This document shows positions 26,147-40,300 of a DNA stretch of 64,000 bases, in pieces. The position numbers were made by a program, and so were the translations under genes. Under the pieces are notes generated by a model that searched no databases, was not told where the DNA came from, and worked only from the letters and a program-made list of their open reading frames with translations. Numbering within the stretch: the first letter of the stretch is position 1; each line of letters starts with the position of its first letter. The DNA comes from Antedon mediterranea (Eukaryota; Animalia; Echinodermata): assembly GCF_964355755.1 (NCBI RefSeq), contig NC_092680.1:7874001-7938000 (forward strand). The letters are read 5' to 3'.

Positions 26147-26594
26147 TATGTGATCGAAACATAAGTCGGAATTGGACTGACGCGATTGATTTAATTGGGT
26201 ATTTTTATTAATGTAATGATTCATTAAAAACTATAATACCGATAAGCGTTTGGTATTGATCAATGGTGCAAAAAACCCTGAGAAATAATGGTATAACGCG
26301 ATTTGGTGATAGCTTAGCAATAATAAAACCCATATACTATTATTATAAATACCTATTACAAATCCATTCATATAACTTTTCATCGCGAACCAAAAATGTA
26401 TAAATGTTATTCTACAGAAAGTAATTATATATTCAAAAGCCATATTATTATTATTATCAATACCTAAATGCGATAGTAATAACCACATAAACATAAATTA
26501 TTCCCAATACAAGTTTGTGCGTTTAATTCTAGAAAGAAACGACTGTGCTGACAGGCCAATGACATAAATCACAAGTAAAGTCCCAATTGTTCAC

Positions 26595-26800
26595 TTGCGT
26601 TTTGATTGGCCGACCTATTATATTAAATTAATGAAGACTGTTCTTACAACTGTCCAGTCAAAAAGTTACGCGGCGTTTTTTGTAAGAAATATTTCTTGTT
26701 ATTTTAGTTTGTATTCAATCACGTGATACCATAAATGCTACAGACTTCCTCTGAGCACCTCCATGCTCTGAGTTTGTAGCTTTGGACCAATCAGCGTTGA
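26595..26800 (+). promoter_or_regulatory. Candidate promoter of gene B
   Basis: Inverted CCAAT box (TGATTGGC, ~26603), E-box TCACGTGA (~26719) and GACCAATCAG (~26785), 0.7-0.9 kb upstream of the ATG in non-repetitive sequence. TSS unknown. Confidence 0.35.
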
Positions 26801-27468
26801 CAGTTGTCAACTCATGCGTATAACCAGCTGAGTTAGTGGAGAAGAGAAAGGAATTTCACAAATCTAGCGTTAGTAACACGACAGATATTTTACTATCATG
26901 CAGGTCATTATGGCAAACTGCTGTAAATAATGGAAATGAAATGAAAAATTATGTGCCGAGAAGCAGAAATACTTTTGGATTACGAGCGTTCTCATTTAGT
27001 AAACTAATTGATTAGCACCGCCACAGGACTTCAAGAAATCATCTATATTAGCGAACTTGCAAATAATCTAGCAATGCAGATATGTTAAAATACCAGTTAA
27101 GTGGCGAGAAGTGCATTGGCGCCGTCATTCCTTGTGATATTAAAAAGTGCAGCATACCACCAGCCTGGCTAGCCCTATGTCCCAAGACTCCGATCTAAAT
27201 TGGTATTTAAACCAATTGATGATAAATACCCATAAGCGGTGTAGACTGGATCCCAGGTGAACTATACTAAATAGTATCGGAGAACACACCTGTAAAGCAG
27301 GCTACTGTTGGATCACCTGGTTGTCTGTTCTTGTTTTATGTGTAACGTTACAGAATGACGTTTAGCTATCGCGGTTGCAAGTTGAACACGAACTACCAGA
27401 CTCAGTAACGAGGTAAATGATTAACCAACATTGTATTTTACATTTTATTCAAAAAACGACCAAAATAA

Positions 27469-27834
27469 ATGATGGATACTAGCGAGTATGATATGTATCT
27501 TAAGATGATGGCGATGGAAGATGAACTTGACGGCAATGGGACATACAACGCAACTTTGTATCAAGACGACTGGAACAATGTCGCTGCTACCATCGTAATA
27601 CCAAGCATTTTCGCCCTTATTTCGGTCATAGGAATAATAGGCAATGCCAGTGTTGTACTTGTTATAGTACGGAATAGAAACATGCGAACGGTTACTAACT
27701 GTTATATAATGAACAATGCTATTACCGATATACTCTTCTTGTTAATCTGTGTACCAGTAACTGCAACACAATTCGCACATCCTACCTGGATATTCGGTGA
27801 TTTTGTTTGTAAATTTGTTGTTTATATTCAATAT
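27469..27834 (+). CDS. KISS1R: Kisspeptin-receptor-like GPCR gene B, coding exon 1 (122 codons)
   Basis: ATG at 27469; sequons NGT and NAT; TM1 GIIGNASV; RNMRTVTNCYIMNNAITD; WIFGDFVCKFVVYIQY; phase-0 donor TAT|GTAAGT at 27835. Confidence 0.92.
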
Positions 27835-28159
27835 GTAAGTACAAAAGTTCTTTATATGGTTTTTAGCTATACATACAGCCAGTATTACAAATTCCAATAG
27901 GCCTATGCCTAACGTATCACACAGCTCCTCCATAACAAAAATACATCAATATTGAATAGTCAATTTTATCAGACTTTGCTAATAAATAACTACAATATCA
28001 GTAATCATGGAGAAATAAATTATTGTATGATAACAGCCAAATAAGCAATACCAGTATATTGATAGTTGGTTATCTATATATAACTATTGAATATCCAGTA
28101 ATTATAATATTAACCAATTTGACTTGTTGGATGATACTCATTTTATTGTTAATATTTAA

Positions 28160-28395
28160 TAAGGAACACTTCTCGCGACCCAAAGAAGTGTCCCCTTATT
28201 GCAAGTGTCATCTGAATTGGAGTTCATTTGGCCTTTTATTAAAACATATACATTATTGCCTCCCATTTGTTTCACGGCAGTGTGTCCTCTATGACAAATG
28301 TATAACCAGGGGATGTACCCTAACTAAATAGAGGTGTCTCTTGAATAGTGTCCCTAGTGAATAATGGTGTCCCCTGAATACGGTGTCCTCTCTAT
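28160..28395. mobile_element. Degraded Tc1/mariner-pogo-type MITE with GTGTCCC(C/T)TGAATA subrepeats
   Basis: Repeated (A)GGTGTCC(C)TGAATA units; related remnants near 21940-22020, 30460-30510 and 42885-42950. Confidence 0.45.
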
Positions 28396-31300
28396 TATTT
28401 TTATTTGTCCAATGCCAAAATGAACTATCAGTTAGTCTATTTGTAACAAATGAATGAATAACATGAATATTAATTTATACTCGTCGTTATACTGTATATG
28501 GCTTTGACCCACGCGAGTCGCCTAGCACAATAATACGATTATGTACATTGTTTAATAATATTATTCAAATAATACATTGATTTATAATTAGCATTCATTA
28601 TTCTAAATTGGATTATTATTTTAAATTGATTAAATTGGTTCTGATGTTAATTCGACAGTGAGACATTACTGTAGTTAGGCCTATGGTAAATGATGTGATG
28701 TGTTAGGATATATACCCCGAAATAAAATGTGAAACTAATTTATACATTTCGTTATGAACTCAGGCTATGTAAGCCTAGATGTAAGATGACTGACGCCGAA
28801 AGGGGGAATGCGTGTCATGTTCCCACAGGACTGAGGTTCACGGGCAATTTTCAAACAAAATGCTAAGTATTACAGAACACATCAATCAGTGATAGAATGT
28901 TTACAGTGTATTAGGAATGTTCGTATGTGCTAAACATAGGTGATCAGGTACGGTTAAACGACCCCTCTTCTGCTCCATGTGACCATTATTCCATAACGAA
29001 GAACTATTTAGGCCTATACGACTGTATTTATTTTGTATAGAATACGAATATTTAGCTTTCTTAATTGTGTTAATAATTATATTGTTGAAATTTCAACACA
29101 TTATTTGTTAGGCCTATACACTTAAAATACGTATACATTTATAAAAAAATATTTACAAACATTACCGCGTACATCAACTGGGCGTTTAACGGTTTTGAAT
29201 GTAACCTGTAGTACTAGTAGTACACTGAAATATTTTGTGGCGGACAATGTCACCTGGTCGAACGCATTAAAAAGGCCTACTTTGTATAGTAAACAAATTG
29301 ATCATAAAGGCTATGCATTCTCATGCACGATTGGCAATTGCCTTAAGATTTCGCCAATTAGTCTAATTAATACCTGTCACTGACATAACCTACGTTCATA
29401 ATTCATAATAATTGGCTGAGAGTAACCTGTCACGGTTTTGTGACCAACGGATGTCTCAATGGTCAGTTTATTACCGTAGCTATTTTGATAATACGGCCAT
29501 TTTTATTATACAATTTCTAGTCACCAAAACAGTTACTATTTTGAGACCGAAGTTAATTATTCGTTATAATAATTAAACTGTAGTTATTACGGTATCACAG
29601 CATAGTACAATGTACAGAAAGAAATATCCGGGTGGGCCATAATTTATATAATAATAATACTATTATTATACAGCAAATGTACAGGATCATCGCAGAGGTT
29701 TTCACCTTATAACATGTCAAAGAGTGTGTGCGCCTTTTTGACATTTATTCTCTCACGCATCTTGAGAGCATGTCCTGGGGTTTTATCCTTGACCTTTCGC
29801 CGACTTCCTTTGGATGTTGATAATTTTACTTAATAAATTGTCATTTTTTAAAAATGTAATAGTAATTAGATAATGATGCCGTGATATATTAATTATATAT
29901 CAAATTTATATATTATAAGTGTTCGAAAAATAGATAACTTAGATAAAAAGCTTTCGAAAACTGATTAACAAGTTTTGAATAGGTGGCCACGTGACAACAC
30001 TAAATGCATCTCAAGCAGGGGATAATTCACTTAGCCAGGAAACCTGTCCCTTATGAAGTTTTATTTGTACTCGACGGGCAGATATCTTGTTTAATTAAGT
30101 AAACGATTCATTAAAATTATGTATGATATAATTATAACACGCCTGGTGTCTCGCAAATCAACCGATTACCTGTTTTTTTAACGCAGATAAAATCTAAATG
30201 GTTGTTCTGCAGTTGGTCAAAAATTTCAATCAAAACTTGTATCAGACTGAAGACAGGAGAAATGCTAAATATCCGTATATCACCCATCAATTAAAATTGA
30301 GTCGAGTACCTGGGTTTTACGTGGATTCTTAACAACAAATGATGGACAGTTAGGCCTACTGTATGTATTAACTACAGTACATAGAACATGACCTATTATT
30401 AAGAAGATAAGATAGTACCTCGGTATCCAACAAAGTTAGGGAAACGAAAGTATTATACCTTAATAAGAAGTGTCCCTTGAATGAATATAGGGGTGTCCTA
30501 AAAGAGAAGGGAGTATATGTACGTGGCCATTACTATTATTAATAGGGAACCTTAGTCTTTAATTGGGATTTTTAGTCTTTAATATGTATTTTACTGTATT
30601 ATAAGCGAGTGTATAATGAAGAACAAAAAAGAACAGTTTAAAGATCCTTGCCTAGTTGACACCAATTACTAAACGTTTTACAGTTCAGTGCATGGAGGTA
30701 ATTAAATACGTATTTGCTTGAAGTATATTTAACTTTGAAACATGAGATTGTCCAATCTGGTTAATTTTTAGTAACAGACAGGAAAATATAGCCTATCATA
30801 CGGTCAACAGAATGCTATTTGTATAATATAATATGTTTTGAGGTTTAAGTTTACGAAACATTATAATATACAGCAGATAAGCTATATATATTATCAGAGA
30901 AAATACAACTGTAAATAAATGTTTTAATTAATTTTAAATTAAATTAAATTAAAAGACCAACAAGTCAAATAATTAAGCGTTTCTTTCTCTGGATAGAGTA
31001 TTATACCATACTACATAAGTCAACATTATTGAATTAATTCAATTTTATTAGGTCCATATGAATTGTGTTTTGCAACCATATAATTTGATGAAGTTTATTG
31101 CAGGTATTTATTATGAGACTTACAGCAGCTGTGCTGAAAGTATACTATAACACTAGTCATGTACCAAAATCACGTAATATCATCGTTAACATTTCTCTGA
31201 CCCCGTCTCTGACCCAGTACGGGTATACTCATCAAATCTTCTAAATCACCTCACCATCATCTTTTTATTACCATCTTTCTTATAACATCCTCTTCTTAAA

Positions 31301-32379
31301 TTACCGTATCGTTATCAAACTATATATATATTTCCTTTCTTATAAATTTCAATTTACATTTTGTTACGCTGTCCATTTTCAGTAGGTTAAGAGATATGAG
31401 TACTATGAGATCCGTTATTTCCTTTATAATATAAGATGATTACATTCGTTTGTGAATAGCGTTATTAATTAAAGTTCATGCGGCCAGAATCTGTCAAGTT
31501 TCAGCTGTTCTCAGACGACTCGAATTCAAAACAGGCCGTCATTGAAATTTATTAATAATCTTTTAGAAGATGCTAAATGTATTTTGACACAATATAAATC
31601 GGTTCGGTTGTTCTGTTTTAAATCAATGCTAGTGTTACCCGTCGTTGGGTCGTTAGTTGACAAGGATGTAGTATTGATCATCATTCGATCGGTCAATTAT
31701 ATGGACATTGCAACCATAAACATGTGATAATCCATAGGCCTACACATAAAACCCGTTTCATTGATTCATCCGTACAATAAAAAGTAGTTTTTATTTCTGA
31801 ACATGAAAACCCTGTGCTAAAATCACTTCTTGTTGTACTGTATCGTCATATTACTCATAATTTATATTTATGACAGAAATATGTTGCAGTTTCTTTTCTT
31901 TTTTGGTTGGTTAGTACAATTAGTATACAGTAGTATGAACAGATTAAGATTAATACTGTATTTACTTTAGTATGGATATAGCATAAACAAAACAAGAAAT
32001 CCATGCAGTTAAACATAATCATGCCTACACAAACACCATCTCCACCTCTGTATCTCATGATATCTATTTCTGAATAAATCAATCCTTGTATTTTTCAATG
32101 TGTCCATTCCAATGGTAGATTGTTGGCAATAATTTACGTGGCATATATCTTATACACATGTGCAATTTGAAATTATATATACACTATATAGTGATGTAAT
32201 CTCTACGACTGGTTATTATACATCCTTACTTTATTATGCTCCTTCTTTTTCTAATTTTCTACCTTTAAGCATTCGTAACTCTTACAATTTCTTCTCCTTT
32301 AAATCTCTTTTAAAAAAACATCTGTTTCTCTGAAATTTTTTCTTTTTATCTTTCTTTCATAGTAGGCCTACTATATATA

Positions 32380-32515
32380 TTTTTTATATCTTTGTTAATT
32401 TTGTATTTTTATAGTTTATTTTGTATTTACTGTTTGTATTGTTTTAGGATCCCTAATGATCAGCTTATGCTGGATGGACCACCCTCATAAAATATTGTTT
32501 AAATAAATAAATAAT
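32380..32515 (+). mobile_element. LINE 3'-UTR fragment (family shared with 43445-43560)
   Basis: CCCTAATGATCAGCTTATGCTGGATGGACCACCCTCATAAAATATTGTT plus (AAAT)n; inverted copy at 43445-43560. Confidence 0.55.
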
Positions 32516-35315
32516 TAAAATTATAGTAAAATCCGACACGTAGATAAAAAGATGGATGTATTGTGGATGTATTGAATCTGAAAAGTTATTTCTGTGAGAT
32601 AGAAATATTAATTGTTAAAAAATGGTTTAAATTATGTTACCTCAGTATTTTCCTGACGCCCGATATGACTGAGCATTGATGAACTCAGTACTGATGTGAA
32701 ATAATGCTCATTATCCGTGCGAGAATTCCTTATGCCAGCAGCATTTTAAGCCTACAATTTGGTGGGGGTGATACAATGTATTCAATTCCGAACAACACTG
32801 AGAAATAGATTTAGGAAAAATTGAAAGAAGAATGAAGTCTCTGTTTCAATCCATGTGGTTTGAAAAGTGTTGAAACATACATTTAAAAAAACATTGTATT
32901 TGAATTTATGGCTGTGTAATTGAGTAATATGCCTTAATATAACGTAATGCGTATACAAAATTCTCTTTAAGACATGATTGTTCACACTTTCGATTGTAGG
33001 TGGTGTGTTTGTTATTCAATTCAACTATGTTTTTTGTTGCAAACGTATACTATTCTGTTTCCATATTTTGTACTGTGATCTGTCATCATGTCTCTTTGAT
33101 TTGGCTGAACCAACAGTATTTAACACATAATACTTTCATTAATTATGACATTAAGACTAGCACAACGTGGTGATTGTGCTCGACTAAATGTTTTTTTATA
33201 CGATTGATGATGTTCTTATATATTCCATGTATCCTCAATGTGGTATTTTCATGCCTAAAACGTGCCGTAGGACACTTCTTAAAAATGCACCACGCGTCAC
33301 GTGGTATTCACATAAAAGACATTTCATAAGAACCAGAGGGAATATTGGAAATTACTTTGCTTTCAGTGTTTTGACTGCTTTCGATGTTTTTATGATGTAG
33401 ATGCTTTCGGTAACGATTCTAAATGATTTAACTATAGGTATAACAGCCTAATGTATTTCATTTATTATAAGGTGTGATGCTATTCCAATAATAATTAAAA
33501 TGTTATGAATGTTATTAGTTATAACAATGTAGATAAATCATATCTCAACGGTGCATATCCAGATAATTCGTGACTTTATTTTTGAATGAATAGCAATCGA
33601 ATGCGTTACAAAGTTGTTATGCAACGTTTTAAAGTTAAATTTAACTTATGGAGGTCAAGATCAAATCAAGGTTGTTTTTCCCTGAGACCGTACATTGTAC
33701 GGTCTCATATAAAAATATGAGCACAATTTAATAATATTTTAAAATTATGTACAAATATGGAAGTAATAGTTGAAGTTTTGACAGAAAATATCATGGGTTA
33801 CCGCATGAATTTCTCAATTGCTATCCTTTTTCCACAGGATTTGTTCAATTATTCGATATAAAAAAGCATGTAACTTATCATAAGAATATAACAGTTGTTA
33901 AAAAAATAATCACATCGATTGAAATCGCTGTAGACCTGTATTTTTCCTTCTGCTGCATCAACGCCGAATAACAGAAACCAATGTCCTGATTGCGAGGTTA
34001 CCAAATAAGAGATGAGTGATTTTGGTAATGGTTTTGGCTTTTATTACCTATATTGACTGATATACCTATAGACCTAATAAAAAATGGATGATTGGCGTAA
34101 CATTCAAGGAGACATTTTAGGGTTTAAATTGTTCATATTATATATAGACCATTGGTTATATTATATGTAGGTTTATAAAATCAGTCTTAATTTTCGGGGT
34201 TTTTTTTCTACAAAAACCATGATAGATACAGCTGCTTAGCAACGATATACACACAAGGAATACACCTCTAAAGTATTATTTATGATTAATTGTATCCAAA
34301 AAGGGATGTGCTTAAGAGGTGCTTTAGGTTGCTATAGTACAATAGTCGCAATTATGATTATATAGGCCTATATGAGTACTGTACCATCCTTAATAGTATT
34401 ACGATATTACACAGTAAGTGGGACTTTGGTTGGGCGACATTGATGTTTGAACTCTTCTTATCTTGATGGCTAAATAAATCAACGACACGAGTCAATAATT
34501 GTGCTAAATTACTGGCTGGCTTGTTAATTAAACTTTGGATAATTGAGTTGAAAGGTTTAAACTACCCCAATGTTTGTATTCTGTGTGTCGTATTGCAAAT
34601 TCTAATATCCAAGGCAAGAATTTGTCTCTAATTTACACTTGCTTATTACTTAAACTGGAATGTGAGATTATGTTGGACGTATTAACCGTGAAATTGGCAT
34701 ATTTTAATATTTCGTGTCAAAATATTTTAGCGGTATGAAAAAAGATATGGTAGATGTTTGAATCAAATTAAATCAGAGCTTGATCACATCTTAGCCTCGG
34801 GAGAAAATGTATTACTTTTTATAATTGGTATATATTCACAATTTTCTGTTTCATTCTGGAAAGTAATAAATATGTTAATTATGCAATATATTCATAACAT
34901 TCATAAGATTTGATTAGATCAATTAAATGCTAGCGTAGGCCTACATACACGCATTGCATTTTGTGATGGCTCTACCTGTTAACTGACATAGGTCACTTTT
35001 CCAAATGATAACCATATGCATGATGATATAACGTTCAAATGCATTGATTAAAAACGGATATTTAATTGACAGGTATTTAAAATATGAGTGTTTAAGTACT
35101 GAGTTTAGCTTGGTATTTGAAGGGAAAATATGCAAACCAAACACTAGGGGTATGTTCACATTTACAGCGTGGGGAAAAGGTTACTTCCACGCAAGTAACT
35201 TGACCAATCACGATGCGATAAAACACAACACGAACTGTTGCCTTGATTTCCTCGATTGCGTTGCGCGTATACCCTATAATAGTTGCTTAAAAAATGGGAA
35301 TAAAGCTTAGGCCTA

Positions 35316-35464
35316 AGCTCCGTCTACACTATCAAACTAGTTTGATAAAAAAAGTGTGCTGTTCCCAAATATGGTAGCGATATGCCCAAATATGGTATTG
35401 ATATGACATCATCGTGTCCATATAAATGAGCACATCACAGTTTGATAGTGTAGACATATTAGCT
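35316..35464. mobile_element. MITE family 2 copy
   Basis: AGCTCCGTCTACACTATCAAACTAGTTTG ... AGTTTGATAGTGTAGACA; another partial copy at about 47028-47112. Confidence 0.78.
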
Positions 35465-37351
35465 TTAGTCTGGCGTAGTACGCCTTGCGTGTGATGTAGG
35501 CAACCTTGGCGTTATGCACGACACCTGTTAAAACCCAATTCATTCATCGTAAACCTTGGTTTGATAATTTTCTAATTAAACTAATAAGTTGAACATTTCA
35601 TTTTCTATAACATTCTACTTCATCCTAAATTCACAATAACCTCGGCTTTAATCATTCTATGATCAATCTTTGTTTTCTTATCCCGAAGTTAAATCGATTG
35701 TAAAGAGCCCCATGTATTGTAACAGACATGAATGAAGAGAGTTTACAACGGATTCCATGAGGTAACGATATCCTCATAATAATCAAGTTGAGTCGACGGT
35801 AATTAAGCAATTTCAAAAGAATCCAATGAACTGATACGCCAGTAATCTAACAATAAATTAGAAATCGTGCACAGTTGACACTCCATACAAGACAATAATC
35901 CGCTTACATTATCAGTGGCGTGGACCCTATTGTAGTGGATAGAAGGAACTATAACTGCTTAAACATATAATTTCCTCATCATATTGATCATTAGACGTAT
36001 GTGGACTCTATTGGCGTCAATAAGTCGACAAGGCCTGATTGTGTTCATTTCGTTCTTTTGATTTTTATTTCTTGATGAACTTGACCAAAATTTCTGTCAA
36101 ATAATATAACAATATAATACGTATGTTATACAAATAATTAATGTTGATGGGTTGAATGGGCAGACTATTTTCATGAATTGACAAAGATTTGCTAACGAAG
36201 CGTTGCGTTTGATTGCACGATCAGCTTTTTGCGATAATTCTGTTTCTCGAATCCGCCTCGTTGATTATAGAACAGTCAATCGTTCAACTCATGACAAAAT
36301 TTTCTTATTCAACTCATAAACATTAATTTGCACAACATTTTCTATTTAGTATTGATAAAGCTGTATAAGCTGCAACGCAATTCATTTGTTTCTGTGTTAC
36401 GATTTACGATGGTTCAGGGCAGTGAAACGTTGTCGTTAGTTTCCTCTAGGCCGTTGCACTATCAACTCCTTTTACCAATATTAACCGTACAAATTCCATT
36501 ATCTATGTTGTTTTAAGCATGTACTTCTAAGCTGTAAATTGTAAACCCATTAGGAAATTCACTGTAATTTCAAAATAGGAAAGATAAAAACTGGCCAGAG
36601 TTAGGATTAACATGGTATAGTATATACGTGTAATAGCAAGCTTTGTAACATGTAGTAGTTGTAATATCTAAACGCTTGTAGCGCTGTGACCTATTTATAT
36701 GTGATATAATATTTAACTCGTGTATGCCACAGCTGGCAAGTTAGAGTCAAACGAGATATACGTATTCTGTGTAAGTATCAAACAACAAACACAGTATTGT
36801 TCATTAACTGTGTTTATTGACTTGTGTGTAACATGGTATACACATGGGGAGTGATGTGAAGTAGCCAATAGATCCACATGCTACTTGATATCACAGCAAA
36901 AGTAGGCCTCTAATTGAGAATAACAATGCGCCATCAACGTTTTTACTTCATGAGAATAATACTGTACGCTTCGCCATACAACCGCCGATAAACGTACTCA
37001 CTAATCAAACAATCTTCATCTATACACACACCAGGGAGGCTTCTCTGATACACACCATTCGCAAAAACTACTTACCATAGAGGAAGGATTGGACCATTAT
37101 TCAATGCCTAGTTTGGCCATTTTTCGAATGCCTGCATACATCTCATAGACTCTCTTCTCCCAGACGTTCTTTAGGGTTTGAGCATGCCCAGTCCAAGTTT
37201 CAATTCCAAATACCCATTTCTTCATTCGTAGTAAGTTATAAGCTTCCGCGAGTGATACAGTTCCTAAGCTTTCGTCCTCTTGAATATAACTGCCTAAAGG
37301 CATGGCGCGAAAATAAGCTACCGCATGGTTTCCTAATGATTCGGCCGTTCT

Positions 37352-40300
37352 CTTTTCATTTTTTCATTTCATTTCATTGTAACATTTATTTCCTTCATAA
37401 TAATAATATACTATATATAAATAATACAACAATTCATAACGAGAATAAGGTAGTTAAAACAATACCATTTTTTTCCATCTTAGAAATGAATAAAACAATA
37501 TTATGAAGGAGGCACAATTTATGGAAAGCAAAAGCTTGTGTTGAAAGTGCCTGAACAAAAACAAAAAGTAATCAAAATCAAATTAGTAAATAATAGTAAA
37601 TGGTATATAGGAATAAAGTAATTAAAACTGATATCTAGAATATAACTAATTATTAAATTACTTTTGTATTAAATTGCTTAGTGTTAAAGATGAAGCTATG
37701 TTTGTTTGCAGAAGTTGTAATTTTGTTAGGAAGTGAGTTCCATATCTTGGGTCCAGTAAATTTAATATTGTGTTGAAAAGAAGTCTTTTTGTGTTTAGGA
37801 ATATGAAGGTTATTGAGAATTCTTGTAGAATAGCCGTGAAATTCATAATTGGGTGAAAACATATCGCGTAAATGAGATGAAAGGAGAGCATTTTGGCTTT
37901 TGTAAATAAATAAACATTGTTGAAAATTATTAATATCTTTCAATTTTAATAATTTAAGAGAACGAAAAAAAGGATCTGTACTAGTTCTAGGTGAAACATT
38001 CGAAATTATTCGTATTATTTTCTTTTGTAGTATTTGAAGTTTTTTTAAATTAGATGGGAATGTGTTACACCAAACGATATTGCAATATAAAAGATATGGC
38101 AAAACAAGAGAGCAGTAGAGTGTTCGGAGAATATGATGTGGAAGAAAAGATGCCAGTCTACAAATTATACCAATATTTTTTGAGATTTTGTTTTATGTCT
38201 CAATAATGTGGGGTTTCCATGTCAGACGACTATCAATGGATACACCCAAAAATGTAGCATGATTAACCATGGGGAGAACAGAACCATCTAGTTTAATTTG
38301 CAGTGGACCTAATTTAACCGGCATCGGACTACTTCTAAACAAAACATAGCTGCATTGTTTTTAATTTACAGAAAGGCTATTTGCCAGAAACCATTCGGAT
38401 ACATTAATTAAACTTGTATTTACAGTGTTAAACAACGACTCTAAGTGTCGATTTTTACAGATTAGTGTTGTGTCATCTGCATATAAAGAATAAGATAAAG
38501 ATGTTGACGAATTGTAAATATCATTCACATACAAAAGAAACAGAAGAGGACCTACTAATGAACCTTGTGGTACTCCACAGCTAATAGGCAAATAGTCAGA
38601 TTGGGAGTCACAAACATTGGTACATTGGTAGCGGTTGGACAAATAACTCTTAAATAAATTGAAAGGAACACCGCGAATACCATAATGATACAGTTTTGAA
38701 AGGAGAATGAGATGGTTAATGGTATCAAATGCCTTTGATAGATCGACAAAAACACCAATTGCAAACTTATCCTTTTCAAATGCATCTATTATTTCATTGG
38801 ACACATCAATTAAGGCCATTGCGGTATCAAAATGTTTGCGAAATCCAAATTGCTTATTGAATTAATAGAATATTGTTTTTTTTCATAAAAGCATAGGTTC
38901 TATTATAGATAATTCTTTCTAATATTTTAGAAAATAGCGAAAGGACTGAGATCGGTCGGTAATTAGATAAAGTGTCCTTTTTACCTGCTTTAAAGATGGA
39001 AGTAACTCTTGCCAATTTCAATTTCCATTTATCTTGGTTAAAGATAGATTAAATATGTGACATAGAGGTTTAACCAAAAAAGAAATTGATTGTTTAATAA
39101 CTGTTGGACTGAATTCATCAAGTCCTTGCGCTTTATTAGTTTAAAAGGCCAGGTGCGGGCAAAAAATTTCTATTGATCATACATTCCAATAATTATCGAT
39201 CATATAGTTTCCCTTATGTTTCATAATTTTTTGGATTTTATTTGTGTTACACGAGCTTGTTGAAAATAAGCACTTTTTTATCAGTTCAATTACACAGTAA
39301 ATCTCTATTCTTTTGTACACAAATGTTGTAAATAGAGAGTCATTTTAAAAAGCTATAAAAAATAAACGATGTGGTAAAAAATGTTATCAGATGACTAAAT
39401 ATAGGTAATATAACTTGAATTTTACATTTCTGGTATTTTTATTCAACTTCAGACTTTGATTTTCATGCTATAGCAAAAATTATCCACCGTGTATCCACCA
39501 TCTTTTTTCACCTACTAGGGAGTCACCAGACTTAGATTAAACTACCTACTACTGAAAAAAAGTCTTCCTGGTTTTTATGGCAGAATTTTGCCAAATTTTG
39601 TATTTGACCATATTAAGGGAAATTCATGTTTTTTCGTCTTGATTTCTGTTACAAATATTTGATTTATGTACAATTAACCAGATATTATATTTAAAATTCA
39701 TGCCTGTACCTGAGCTTTAAAGCATTTGACAATATATATAATTTCAGTATCAGACACTGGACACATAAATAAGGAGTTTAGAGTAGGTTGGGGCAAATAC
39801 GTTTTAAAATCAGATTTATCGGTTGGCAATTTGTTTGAAAGAGTTGATCCAATTTCGACAAAAAACTTATTGAATTCATTTGCGATTTGAGACGGGTCTT
39901 CAATGGATTCAAATCTGGAGACATTTTAATCAAGGAGTTAATTACGCGCCATGTACCTTTAATATCATGTTGATATTGAGTAAATCTGTTTTGATAGTAT
40001 TTGGTTTTAACACGTTTAATAAGTGAATTTAAGGTATTACGAAATTTAGTGTATTTTATTTTATTATGATTGGTAGGATTATTTAGGTATTTAGCATATA
40101 ACTTGTGTTTATATTTAGTAGATTGCAACAAACCATTTGACATCCAAGGCTTTAATTTTGTGTTTTTATTACTTTGCGTAGACATTGGAAAATGTTTATT
40201 ATATAAAAGTTTAATTTAGTTTCAAAAGTATTATAAGCTTGATTAGGTTCTTGCAATAAGTTCACATCGTTCCATGTTATTACGCTAAGCTCTCGTTTGA

